A DNA stretch of 61,077 bases, counting the filler. It is 12 parts of 12 records of this genome, joined end to end, with 100 filler letters (N's around TTAATTAATTAA, not from the genome) between each part and the next. Parts side by side here need not be neighbours in the genome. Positions count along the whole stretch, not along the records: positions 43,912 to 48,379 come from SRR15195285_10108; positions 48,480 to 53,259 come from SRR15195285_10110; positions 53,360 to 56,684 come from SRR15195285_10122; 9 more parts are not named here. One strand, given 5' to 3'. Below, piece after piece: positions 44,035-56,784 of this stretch. The notes below the pieces were generated by a model that saw only the letters and a program-made list of their open reading frames with translations, was not told the origin of the DNA and did no database searches. Positions within the stretch are counted from its first letter, which is position 1. Each line of letters opens with the position of its first letter. Both the position numbers and the translations under genes were made by a program.

Positions 44035-45811
44035 GGTGGAGCCGGCGTCCGTGGGCAGCGGGACTTTCGAGGCGGTGGAGATGTTTGAAGGGCGCCAGCC
44101 CGGCGAGCTGAATAAGTACAGCTCCGTCATCACGCAGCAGAAGAAGCAGGGAGCTGGGCAGTCACAGCTCTACGGCACAGGCATGAGCGACACGCAGATG
44201 AACCAGCCGCAGATCGGGATCATGTCCAACTGGTTCGAGGGCAACCCGTGCAACATGCACCTGAATGAGCTGCAGGACATGATCTCGGAGGGCGTGACCA
44301 ACGCCGGTCTCAAGTCGATGCGGTTCGCTGCCATCGGCGTCAGCGACGGCATTAGCAACGGCACCGACGGCATGGCGTACTCCCTGCAGTCGCGCGACCT
44401 GATTGCCGACAGCTACGAGACGGTGATGGGCGCCCAGTTCTACGACGGTGGCATCACGATCCCTGGCTGCGACAAGAACATGCCCGGCGTGATTATGGGC
44501 ATGGCGCGTGTGAACCGCCCCGCGATCATGGTGTACGGTGGCACCATCGCGGCCGGCAAGACCGATCAGCACGACAAACTCGACATCATCTCAGCGTTCC
44601 AGGCATACGGCGAATTTGTGGCCGGGGCTATCGGCGAGGAGGAACGCGCCGACATCGTGCGCAATTCCTGCCCGGGCCCGGGTGCGTGCGGTGGCATGTA
44701 CACGGCGAACACGATGTCGAGCGCTATCGAGACCCTGGGCATGTCACTGCCGTACTCCTCCTCGTCCCCAGCTTTCGCTCCCGAAAAGGCAGCGGAGTGT
44801 GCCGCCGTGGGATCAGCACTGCTGAATCTCATGGAGCTCGATATCAAGCCGCGCGACATTATGACTTTAGAAGCATTCGAGAACGCGATCACGATGGTCA
44901 TGGCCACTGGTGGTTCGACCAACGCCACCATTCACCTGATCGCGATGGCACGCTCAGCCGGCGTGCACGTCACCCTCGAGGATTTCCAGCGCCTGTCTGA
45001 TGCCACGCCTTTCATTTGCGACCTGAAGCCGTCTGGGAAATACGTTATGGAGGATTTACACGCGGTCGGCGGCACGCCAGCGGTAATGAAGCTCCTTCTC
45101 GAAAACGGCTACCTGCACGGGGATTGCCTCACTGTCACCGGCAAAACGGTCGCAGAAAATCTCGAAGATCTGCCCGGCCTGGCCGACGGGCAGCAAATTG
45201 TCGTCGGGTTTGAGAAACCAATCAAACCAGAGGGACACATCCAGGTCCTGAAGGGCTCGCTGGCACCAGAGGGTTCAGTTGCGAAGATTACAGGCAAGGA
45301 AGGACTTTACTTCTGTGGCCCGGCGATGACGTTCGACGCAGAGGAGGATGTCATGGTGGCTGTGGCGGACGGCTCACTCGTGGAACGCGTCAATGCTGCC
45401 AAGGAGGCAGGCCACTCTGGCGCTGTGCTCTGCATCCGCTATGAGGGCCCGAAGGGTGGACCTGGCATGAAGGAGATGCTGAACCCAACCTCTGCGGTGA
45501 TGGGCGCTGGGCTCGGCCAGGACGTGGCAATGCTTACGGACGGTCGGTTTTCTGGCGGTTCCCACGGCTTCATCATCGGACACATTGCACCAGAGGCACA
45601 GGTCGGCGGTCCAATCGCCTTTGTGGAAGACGGCGATATCATTGAGATCGACGCGAGCAAACAGACTCTTGAGCTCGACGTTGATGACGCGACGATGGAG
45701 ACAAGAAAGGCAGGCTGGTCAGCACCTCCGCTGAAATACACTCGGGGCACGATGTACAAGTACATCAAGTGCGTGTCCTCTGCCGCAGCAGGCTGTGTCA
45801 CTGATGAGTAA
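44035..45811 (+). CDS. ILV3: Dihydroxy-acid dehydratase, 5'-partial (last exon)
   Basis: [72 protein letters not shown]. Preceded by an intron-like stretch ending in CAG. Confidence 0.96.
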
Positions 45812-46197
45812 ACGCTGTTGAGCTTCTCATTAATGTGGAACCCGTGTACACGACAGCCGCGTCACAATCGCGTGTTACACTCTATTTTGCGTAGTGCTAG
45901 TATTCGCGTCCCAATCGCGACGATACAATCTGTCTGCGGCTGCGTGGGCTGTTTGCGTTCCACGGACATGTCAGATGCATTCACTACAGCTAAAGATCAG
46001 TTAGTGGATGCGCGGATTGCCTGTTTATGAACCTAGTACTGCGTCAACTGGTATTAGTCGATCGTGCGCCACCATTGCCTTGCAGACACTGTGATCGATC
46101 CAGCAGCCAGGTCAAGGCACAGTTGCCTATGGCCCCAGAAAATCCTGCTGCAATCGTTGCGCGCAGCAAGTAGGAGGTTCTTGCGTGCTCGGTCTTT

Positions 46198-48379
46198 CTA
46201 GCACGAGACCACAGAGAGTATTTTAAACTTCCCAGTCCGCTCAAGCTGGATCAACAACCGTCGTTGACTGAACGGCAGAATGCCGAAACCAACCATTGCC
46301 GCATCACCATGCCTCTGCTGAACCTGAGCCTGCTGAACATTCAGTGCCAGGCTGTGCACCTGGCTGACTCGTCCACCGTCTCCGGGTGGCATGGTGCCCT
46401 GTGGCCAGATCCCGTCGATGCTGTATTTCGCGCCAGCAATTGCGCTCAGGCCATCGCCCTCAGATCCAGCCGCAGCAAATCCAATAGTCACAGCACCAAG
46501 CTGCTCGTACGACCGAAGAAACGAAATTACGACGCGCGGAGAATTGCCGAAGGTAAGGTCGAATCCAAGTGTCGCACCTCGTTCCTGCGCAATCCAGCCA
46601 GGTTTCCCCTCCCTATCCTCAAAAAGTCGCCAGTCACCGCTCACAACATGAGGCAGCCTACCAAGGCCCGATTGCTCTGAATAGAGTTTCTTTGCATCAA
46701 ACGCGCTTTCTGCGTCGCGGCACTGGTCGTAGCTGCAGGACAGCAGAGCACACGTACTCCAGATGAGTGTTGAACAGTGATCGATGGTAGCGTAGGCAAT
46801 CATGGCAATGGTCGCCCGTACCGCTCTAGCAAATCCTCGCTCACAAGGCTTTTCAGAGACGGTGCAAACTGTGGCGCCTCGTGGATAGCGTCTTTGCAAG
46901 CATCTGCTGCAAAGCCTGTCCCTGCAGGTTGCAACCACACACGCATTTGCGAAAGCATGAGTGGGGCCTGAGGGCACTACTGCTGAAATGAGGTTGATAG
47001 ATGTACTGTGTGGCAAAGAAGCCATCGCACATGCATGTGCCAGAACGTCCGCCATGAGCTGATGCGCCTCCCACCTTGGGTGACTCGTGTGGTTGCAGCA
47101 CCAGAACTGCGCCTTTGGTGGACTATGGCGCTCGGACGCTGGCCAAACCACATCGCGGTAGCTCACCACTGGCACTTGGAAGGCGTTTGCAGCTGCAACG
47201 TGCGCCTCTTGGGTGTCGTAACACTGTGCAGTGTCTACCTTGGCGATAGCATGCTCCACCGTACAAAGCGGCTCGAAAAGAAGTAGAGCAGCCTGTGGAT
47301 GCCGCTCACGGAGTCGGCTGAGGAGAATCGATGTCGCCGCCTGAACGATCTCGGTCCGGGAGTGACCTTTGGCATACATTTCTGCTTGCTCAGTGTTCGT
47401 ATATGCGCCACCTTTGGCTGCCAGCCAATCCTGTGCTTCGAACGCATCATTAGCGAGAAAATCGATCAGCACAAGGTCAAGAGGCGGTCTCCCGGGACCT
47501 TCTAAGATGGGGCGCAGCGACGGGAGGATGCCCGCGGTTGTCGTGCCACCAGCACCATGGTTCTCATACTCGATCGATGCGTGTGGATATGCACGATTCA
47601 ACCACCGCACGAAGCGCGCGGACCAGGAGCAGCCAGCGAGCCGGGATGAGCCATCGTCGCAGCCAGTGCCAGCAGCCTCGGAACCACCGAGTACAACCAC
47701 CCGGATCCGCTGTCCTGCCTCCAGCCGACCGAGCAGACGGCGGAACTGTGCATCATATTTCGCGACACAGAATCAGTACGAAGCTTGACAGGTGCTATAT
47801 CAGGCTGAACACGGCGGTATAGGTGGGGGTGACTGCCGTCGCGCCCGTCGTAGGCCAGCGTGGGCCGTACTTTGGGACTGAACCGACCAGGGCTTTCTAA
47901 AGCAAGGCCCGAAAGCCGCCAACAAGGTGCCACTGGCAATGCGTGGAACCGTCCCGAAATCGCCCCGGAATGGTCGGTCCTCAGGACGTGCGTGGGGTAT
48001 GCCGGGTAGGTGGATGCGTACGGGTCTGGCCTCCCACACTCTGTACTCGCCACCTTGTGGCACTCGGGCTCGCTGAAGCATGCTAGCCGTGATCGGATAG
48101 TTCTCAAACAGCCGCGTGACGTCACAGCCTCCGGGCGTCGGGAATTTCCATTCCACACGTACCTGCTCCGACAAGTGACAACTTTGACCAGCAGCAGCCA
48201 TCACAGCACAGAGCAGTGCAAAACCAATCCATGCTCAATCTAGACACATTCGCCAGAGTAGGCACTGGCTGCGGTGGTGGCCAGCTCGGGACAGTATGCA
48301 GCCTGCCTGGGAGCCTATGCGCTCTGCAGTCCGCGCCTGACGCTACTTGCCGACGCACGAGGAGCAGCAGCAGCAGCGG
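46198..48379 (-). CDS. SGNH/GDSL hydrolase-like protein, multi-exon, probably 5'-partial
   Basis: VVLGGSEAAG, NHGAGGTT, DLVLIDFLAND, HPRWEAHQLMAD; C-terminal KPGWIA...FLRSYEQLG...KFKILSVVSC. Confidence 0.65.
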
Positions 48380-48479
48380 NNNNNNNNNNNNNNNNNNNNN
48401 NNNNNNNNNNNNNNNNNNNNNNNTTAATTAATTAANNNNNNNNNNNNNNNNNNNNNNNNNNNNNNNNNNNNNNNNNNNN

Positions 48480-50442
48480 GTCGCACGAGCTATATGTCAA
48501 GCCAGAAAATAGAGCAGCACGATGACCAAGATCGGCAGAACAAGACGGGATGAACCTGTGTGGCACATGTTCGGAAACGCAGGTCAAAGCGTGTGCTCAC
48601 CGCTGCACCTCACAGTATAGCCTTCGTTATGCTTATCCAATAGGCTATCCGGAATGCGACGAGAGCTCACTACCCAAGCAAGGTGTGGTGTCTTCTCTTC
48701 AGAGATCGCGGCCAAAAATCGTGCAAAGATATGCGGTCCGAAGCACGTCGAGAGCATATAGACTGTGGGTTTGCACGCACGACGTTCAGAGCTAATCCAA
48801 CCTGCTAAGACATTGTGTGTCATGACTTACTGTGGGTTGCATCTACAAATGCCCGCGGTGCGAACGCATCGCCGTTGCGAAAGAATATCCGATCGCTTTC
48901 TTCCGCAGCAATCAAGTCGTGCGCGAGTCCGTAGTCTCGCAGACGCAATGCCGCAGCGTAGCGTGATGCATCCAGCTCCACCCCAATGGAACGACCTGCA
49001 CCATACCTTTGGTGGAATCATCATACGTGTGCGCAGTCGGTTAACAGCTGCAGCGTCATTTGTCACTCTGTGCAGATCTAGGAAACAGTCTAGGCACCAG
49101 CCGGACAGTACTACGCACATCGCAAAGAGCACAGTCGCCCTGCCGAATCCAGATCCCAGGTCGTACACTACAGCAGACGGATCCAGCTGCAGCGCGTCTG
49201 ATAGCATCAGACAGCCCTCTGTTGATATTTCACCATACCTGCCACCGCCATGAGGTCGATCACCATCGCACAGAGCACTTCTGGATAGTGATAGTGTTTC
49301 GCGTTTGATGATTGTGAGCACGCAGCCGTGACAAGCAGCGATGATTGTACAACAACAGGCTATCCGGGCTCATTACGCCGGACATTCTTACGTGAAATCA
49401 TAATTTGCACCCACTGTCTCTGGACGCGGCTGCCAAACGCAAACGCGCAGGGAGAAGAGCAAAAGCCCACAAACGAAGCCCATGAGACCTAGCTGCACAA
49501 CCGAATTTTGAACTGACGCCTATCGACGACCACTGGTTGGCAACGCACCCGCTCGGAGTCATCGACAGAGGCGGCCACAGCAGCTTCCGCTCGAAGCTGG
49601 ACCACCAGCTGGTCCATGCGCTCCTGTGTGAGTTCTCCACGAGCTACATCCGCACGCCAGCCTGCCTCGATAAGCGAGTGCGTTTGGGCTAGCTCCTTTG
49701 CGCGGTTGTCCTCCAAGCTCCCCGTAGCCCAGTCTCCACCATAGCTCTGATCCACTCGTGCTTCGACGAGACGCTCGTAGCGAGGCAGCCATTCTGGGGG
49801 TGGCAGCAAATCACAGAGGGTGGGTACACCAATGTGCACCTCCTCTTCACACGCAGGGGGTGCTGTGGAGGGATGTCCATCTGCGCCAAGGAGGGCAGCA
49901 GCCACTGGCGGCAGGCCTCGCATCCACGAAGCTCGTGTCGCCCAGAAGCGCGCCTCTTCAGCAACTCCACTCCATGTGATCGCCGGCTGGTCATCGGTCC
50001 CGCCACCGCAGAAAAATAGCACTCGCCGAGAGCTTAGGCCGCCACCGGCGCAGGCGCTGCCGCGCACGAACCACTTTTGCAGTGCCGGGACCAGCCGTCC
50101 GTCCGCTGTGGTCAACCACTGCTGCACGTGATGCGCAGGGACGCAGCTGTTCGCCGGTTCAGCCCGGCCTACAACACGCCCCAGCACATCTGTTATATCC
50201 TCCCCCACGCAAACACGCTGCTGCAGCGATGTTGGCACAGCTGTGGCTGAGTCGCTGCCTTCGCGGATGCACGGCAGCGAGTCCAGATGGGCCAGCGCAG
50301 TCTGGACGCCGGGCCACCAGCCCTCGTTGGCTGGGTGGCGGCAGTGCTCGTCGCTGCTTGACCCGTGCAGACTGCTCAACGAACCGCCGCTGCCACTGAC
50401 CAGCGCGGACGCCACGATCACGAGCAGCGCTGCCGCTTCCAT
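48480..50442 (-). CDS. Signal-peptide protein with a C-terminal DOT1-like class I SAM methyltransferase domain; multi-exon, 3' end not resolved
   Basis: Hand-spliced exons give YGEIS...VVYDLGSGFGRA...SIGVELDASR...FRNGDAF...ATHIYMLSTCF; N-terminus MEAAALLVIVASALVSG. Confidence 0.68.
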
Positions 50443-51052
50443 CGTGCAGCTCCGATGGCGCTGGCCGCGCGATCCGTCCGTCGCCGACGACAGCCGGCGC
50501 GCGCGCAGGTCGATCCAGGCCGCAGGCGCGCGGCGCGCGTACACGGGCCCCGGGATTGCAATCCGGCGCATTTCATGCCTCAAATTGCAACGTGTGGGTG
50601 GGCTCCTGAAGCCCGGGCTGCCTGCTCGCAAGTTCTAGCTAGCTCTTCATGAGCATATAGTACTGTATTCAATACTGCAATGAATTTGGTATTCCTTACC
50701 AGCACCGAGCACGAACTCGTCCGGATCCCAAATCGTCGCTCGGCGATGGGCATCCGCGCGGGCGATCGAATGATTACGCATTACCCGGGATACCCCTCCC
50801 AGAGTACCGTATTGATAGTAGGATGTAGTACTACAATTTCATGAATTTACTATTTCATAGTTGATAGTACGACGGTAGCCGGTAGGATCCTAAGCGATTC
50901 CCACCGCCGCCGGGCACCGTCCGCAAGAACGCACCGGGACGCGGACAGGCCGAAGAACAGTGACAGGGACAGGCGGTGTGGCTGGAGATGCGGGGCTGAC
51001 GCGGAGCCGAGCGCTCTCGGGCTGGGGCTGGAAGAGGCGCAGCGTGGTGGGG

Positions 51053-52685
51053 ATGCTCGGGCTGCGGGGGTTGCTGGGGGGCTCGCTACGGGAGTTGCCG
51101 AAGGCGGCGGCGGCACAGCGGGCTGCTGCCATTCGGCCGGTGGCAGCGCCGCAACTGTCCACGTACGCGGGCAGTCCGTGGGTGGACGCGACGTGCCTGC
51201 GCAGCCCGCGGGCAGCGTCCAGTGGGCTGCTGGGTTCCCGCGTGCGGAGCTACGGCGGCAGCCACAGACGCGGAATTCACGCGACGAGGCGTGTCGAGGC
51301 CAAGCGAGACTACTACGAAGTGCTGGGTCTCTCGCGCGGCGCGGATGAGAAGGAAGTCAAAAAGGCGTACAGAAAGCTCGGTAAGGCTGCCCTGCCCTGC
51401 GAGCACAGCCGCAGCTTTGGAATGCCTTTTGGGCACCATCGCTCTGAGCATGCCTCTCGCACGCATTGTCGCAGCCATGAAGTACCACCCGGACAAAAAC
51501 GAGGGAGACGAAGATGCGGCCAAGATGTTCGCAGAGGTCTCGGAGGCATTTGACGTGCTCACAGACAAAGAAAAGCGGCCACTGTATGACCAGTACGGCC
51601 ATGCGGGTGTAGACGGCATGGGTGGCGGTGGCGGCGGGGGGGGTGGACCCTTTGGTGGTGGAGGACCATTTGGCGGTGGCATGTCTGCTGAGGACATTTT
51701 CCGAGACTTCTTCGGCCAGCAAGCACAGCAGAGCGGGCCCCGTGGAGCCCGCAAGGGGCAGGATGTCGAAGTTGTCCTCGACCTAGACTTCATGGAGGCT
51801 GCGTTTGGGTGCAACAAGACGGTCCAGCTGAGTGTGGAGGAAAAGTGCGGGGAATGTGATGGCACCGGGGCGGAGGCTGGCTCCTCGGTTGATACCTGCA
51901 CCACATGCGGTGGCGCGGGACAGGTTCGCGCAAGCCAGGGAATGTTTCAGTTCGTGCAAGATTGCCCGACATGCAATGGGGCGGGTGAGGTGATTAAGAA
52001 CAAATGTAAGACGTGCTACGGCTCGGGCACCACCCGCGAGCGGAAGCGTCAGGAGTTCGAGGTACCAGCAGGAGTTGACACCGGAGAGCATCTGAAGATC
52101 ACTGCCGGAGGCAATGCTGGGACGAAAGGGGGTCCGTCCGGCCATCTGTTCGTGGCCTTCCGCGTTGGTCGCGACCCGGTGTTTAAACGAGAGGGTAGTG
52201 ATGTGTTTGTCACTGTACCAATTTCGATCAGTGAGGCAGTTCTCGGTGGCTCCGTGGTGGTTCCCACACTCTCTGGTGACGTCGAGATGAAGGTACCGGC
52301 AGGCACGCAGTCCGGCGTCCAGCGGCGGTTGCGAGGCCGTGGGATTAGGCGACTGCGAGGTGGCGGCGCGGGCGATCAGTACATCCAGTTCAAGGTGATC
52401 ATTCCCAATCCCGAGGATATGGTACGATGCAACCTGATTAGAGCATTGCGGCGGATGCTGGTCCGAAGCCCCCAGACGGCGACTACTTGTAGTTACCGAC
52501 CTTTTTGCACACGTTCACACCTTCGTCTCTGAACGCAAAGTTCCCATGTGGCCGTGCGTGCGTAGGAGGACGATGCGGTAGATCTGTTGCGAAGCTACGG
52601 TGAAGCTCGCAACGAAGCAGACACAAAGGAGAGGGCGGATACGTTTTCGAAGGCGTCCAATCGAATCAAGATGGGCTCGCCGTAA
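51053..52685 (+). CDS. dnaJ: Type I DnaJ/Hsp40, probably mitochondrial (Mdj1/DNAJA3-like); introns 51381-51474 and 52422-52565
   Basis: Arg/Ala-rich presequence; RDYYEVLG...AMKYHPDKN after splicing; G/F region; four CxxCxGxG motifs; VPAGVDTG and VPAGTQSG. Confidence 0.93.
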
Positions 52686-53764
52686 AGGCCGTGGGCAACA
52701 GCGACGATACCAAAGGCTGCCTCATCGCCCAGGGTGGGCCTACTGACTAAAGCATGGTAGCGTTGATACCCACCAGAATCAGGCTGATTACAGTAGTGGA
52801 CGACACAATGGGATTGACGAGTTCCAAGTCAATCTATTGACTGAACTATATAATAGTGTGCCCAATGCTTCCCCACCACTCTTGCGACCATCATTGCCGA
52901 GCCGCAGCCGCGATGACGATGTTCGCAGCCTTAGTGTTGGCGTTCGCGTTGAGTTACGCCTGGCTCAACATCTGGCAACCCTTTACAGACAGCGTTCAAT
53001 TCATTCCAACGACCCATGCCTCAAGGCTATCAGGGGCTGTCCCCGTTGGCTGCCAGTCCGTTGGCAATGTGGCTGCCTCGTAGCCTCGATGCCACTTTCC
53101 CAGACATTCAGCCTGGTTGTTTGGCAGGTGCAAACTTGTGACTGTCGAGCGAGGACTTGTGAGAGCCGTAGCCAGGTTCCGAGGCAACGCTCTTGGCAGC
53201 AGTTTGCCGTTTCTCTTCTAATATCTCCACGCTTTGTGACGGTTGGCGCAAGATGCTTCNNNNNNNNNNNNNNNNNNNNNNNNNNNNNNNNNNNNNNNNN
53301 NNNTTAATTAATTAANNNNNNNNNNNNNNNNNNNNNNNNNNNNNNNNNNNNNNNNNNNNCATTCCACTATTAATGCGGGCGGCCCTTAGACGTCCGCAAA
53401 AATGTGGGGACAGCAGGGCTCGCCGCGAATGCTGGTCAACTGGATTGCCATGCAGTTGGAGGTCCGACGCCTATAACTCGTATTTAGAATTGCCGTCAAT
53501 TCGTCAAAAATCCTTTCAATATCCTCACCGGAGAGTACGGTATGCCACGACATGTACGAGTTTATGGGGTGACACACGTGGACGGACAAAACTGAAGGTG
53601 ATCAGCTGCGAACCTGCGTGCAGAGATCTGGTCAGGAGGCGACCTCGACGGAGGTTGACCAGGAGCGCCTCGTGCCCGCCCGGCGTCTGCAGGCCGTGCC
53701 TTGTCGGTAGTTCGCAGGGTCTGCCTGGGCGCGAACGTGCGAGTCTGCGCGCTGAAGGGAAAAT

Positions 53765-54764
53765 ATGGGCAAGGGAGCGAAGGCCGACGGTGCGAAGCCC
53801 GCGGGGTCGGCAGAGGGGCTGCTGGGCTTCGAGGCCGGATTTTCGAACAAGCTCGGATACACGACTAAGTGCTGCTGCTGTAAACTTTCCATTGGGGTGC
53901 AGCTCATCGCGGTGCTGGTCATCCTCTCGGCTCTGAATTACTTCTTGACGTTTGTGAGCCGCACGGGCGCGCCTTGCTTCTTCTGTGCGTGTGCCACGAG
54001 CTACCAGCCCGTCCCACAACCGTCGCCGCCGTCGCTATGCGGCTCACACGGCGCACACCTTGCCCGGTTGAACAGGGTACAACTATGTGGCTACGACCAT
54101 CACAGTTGTACTCGGAATTGCCGCGCGCCTTGTCGCGATCCCTTGCGCGATCCTCGGTATGCTCGGCGCTCGCAAGGCTGAGGACCGCGGGCCGCGCTTG
54201 TTCTTCTACTGCCTGATGGGGCTCGCCGTTGTCTGCTTCCTGGACCTGTTCCTCTGCCTATTTGAGGTCCACGCTGTGTGTGGCGGCGCTGAGCTCCTAG
54301 ATTGGAACAGCTGCGCTCACGACTGGGGGAAGAATCAGTACGCCTGCGTTGCTGCCAACACTACAGACTCGGATGCACTCAGCGTGTGTGCCGACGTGGA
54401 GCAGCAGCTTGCACAGAACGGTGGCGACGAGGACGAGCTCACGTGCGCTGCGGTTCGCCGCTGCGAGTACATCGCAGTGCCCGAGGCTGATTGGGTGACA
54501 CCGGAGTGTTGCGACCACCCGAACTGGTCAGTTGACAAAGGTCCATGCAACCGTGCGCCAGCCGAGCGCAAAGCGGAGTTCGACTCGGACCACTGCGAGT
54601 TCATCTCCGATGTTTACGACGTCGGGCTCGGTATGGTCTGGACGCTGATGCTCTCCCTGATGGCGTGGTACGTCAATTCATACCGGGTGGATCTCGCGAC
54701 GGACGAGGATGCAGGGCAACCCGAGTTCAAGAATCCCATGACCGCGGAGGATGACGACGAGTAG
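53765..54764 (+). CDS. Hypothetical multi-pass (about 4 TM) membrane protein with a Cys-rich loop
   Basis: TTKCCCCKLSIGVQLIAVLVIL, three more hydrophobic helices, large Cys-rich loop, FKNPM tail. The junction near 53950-54075 is unresolved. Confidence 0.55.
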
Positions 54765-54981
54765 GCAAGGGTCACGGCCACACAGCATAATTATGTATCA
54801 TCACTTATGAAGGTGTACTCTGGTCGTCATCGGTCGCATGACCACTGCACTGCTACAACGCTTCATCTAGCGACAACATGAGCAGTGTGTACAGATCTCG
54901 TCTGTAGATAACACTGGACGCTGCTCGTTCCACTGCCGCCACGACAACACGACATTGCGCCGTCGCTGTCGCTGCTTAGTG

Positions 54982-56481
54982 TCATGCGCTGCCTTTCGCG
55001 GGCAACAAAATGCTCGCAAGCTCAGGGTAGAGCAGCCGCTGAAAATTTCGTGTTAGCTTTCGATGATGCACGTGCTGTCAACCGAGACAACAAGAACCAC
55101 TCGGAACGTTATAGACAATAAGCACTGCACAAGTGGTCTGCCTAGTGGGTCAGATATGAACGATGCTCACACACCACATCCATGAAATCCAACAGCGCGT
55201 TGTAGTCTTCGGCCGCGTGATTGTGACCTCCCTCCCGGTACGCCCAGCCAATGGACCCTGGGGATCCCAGCAGTGCATACACTGGGCGGGTTGCCATGGC
55301 CGCCGCGTACGTGCCAGCTGGGTTGGCGCTGAAGTCCTCGTAGGCATCCGTCAAGAGCAGACAACGAGGCGCGCACAGCGCGTGCAGGAAGTGATTGTCG
55401 TACGGGAGCTCTGCGTCTCGCCCTCGGTGTGCTGCCCACGCCTTACCGAACCAGAAGATATTCTGAGGTGTTCCGTTCCGATCCCAAAATGATGCGACCT
55501 CCTCGCTTCCTTTCATTTTCAGCCGGTTGAGGCCGGCTCCACCAATGCCGGAGTTATTCGGGTTCACCACTGCGATCCTCTCGTCCTTAAAAACATGGTG
55601 GCAACGTGAGAGCAAACGGATAATTTTAGGCCCAAACACAGGCGCCGAGTATATCTAGCTATGAAGTGAAACGGATGATTGAGCAAACGAATGGAGTTGG
55701 TAAGTCTGAATGACACAGTGCATACGCCTCTCACCGTTGCACCAGCAAGCAGTGCGCATTTCCCGCCGCGTGAGTGGCCTGTCAGAGTGATCCCGTCCGT
55801 TCGTACTTCTGGCTGCGAAAGCAAGGCGTCCACAGCCCGGTGGCAGCCCCAGGCCCATGCAGAGGTGACCATGAAATCGGCATCTGGATAATGGCGGTAG
55901 AGCCCAGTATTGCAATACGCGTCCTTATTGTCCGCAGCTGTTTGCGTCCGATCGTAGCTGGCGGCAATGTTCCCACGCTCGAGCACACTGCGCACCACGT
56001 CGTCGTTGAAGTATCGCCAGCACCCATCGCAGTCCAGCAGCACAGGGAAGGGACCTGCACCAGGGGGGATCCACAGCTTGATGGTGAGAGAGAGTGTCCC
56101 TCCTGTTGGAAGCACCACATATGCTTCCAATATTCGATGCTTGACGCCGGGTAGCCACTCCTGCCACTGTCGGATGTTGGCATCAGTCATGACGGTGGTA
56201 TCGACTTGAGTCGGCGCAGGCGGCATGCCACCAAACTCGTGTGATACGATGATGTCGTTCAGCTCTTGGCGTCGTGATGGCCATGCACTCGCGTCCTTGA
56301 CGCTGCTCCCGGCCTGCGTCACCAGGAGCTCAGGTGTGACCTTTGGGAGCAATTCTTGTGCTGCGTCGAGAACCGTCACGAGCTCATCCGCCACGACAGT
56401 GTCGCTGCTGCTGGTGGGGCACACTTGGGCACTCAAACGGCCGAGTCGCCCAGCAGCAGCGGCAGCCGCACAGTTCTGCAT
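54982..56481 (-). CDS. CE15 (glucuronoyl esterase-like) alpha/beta hydrolase; 3 exons
   Basis: SAWAWGCHRAVD, nucleophile elbow GHSRGGK, DERIAVV...SGIGGAG, LPYDNHFLHALCAPR, REGGH. Intron 55734-55586 restores the frame; last exon ends at TGA 54982. Confidence 0.85.
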
Positions 56482-56784
56482 CGCCGTCGCTCAACGAAGC
56501 GGTGGCGCCTCTCTATCGACGCATCGATCGCACGCAGCGATGGAGCCTGCACGCGGGCGCCGGGCGGAGGGGGGTCGCGACGGGTCGCGCGCACCGCCCA
56601 GGCCACACTGACACTCGAGGACAGAAAAAATTCTCTGTCGCGGGATCAATGATGCGCACCAGGGGGTCAGACTGTGGGCCACTGNNNNNNNNNNNNNNNN
56701 NNNNNNNNNNNNNNNNNNNNNNNNNNNNTTAATTAATTAANNNNNNNNNNNNNNNNNNNNNNNNNNNNNNNNNNNNNNNNNNNN

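Noticed and set aside
6905-56784. Recurring TTAATTAATTAA as a biological repeat or CRISPR-like array
   Set aside because: It is always centred in N runs of fixed length, so it is an artificial joining linker.
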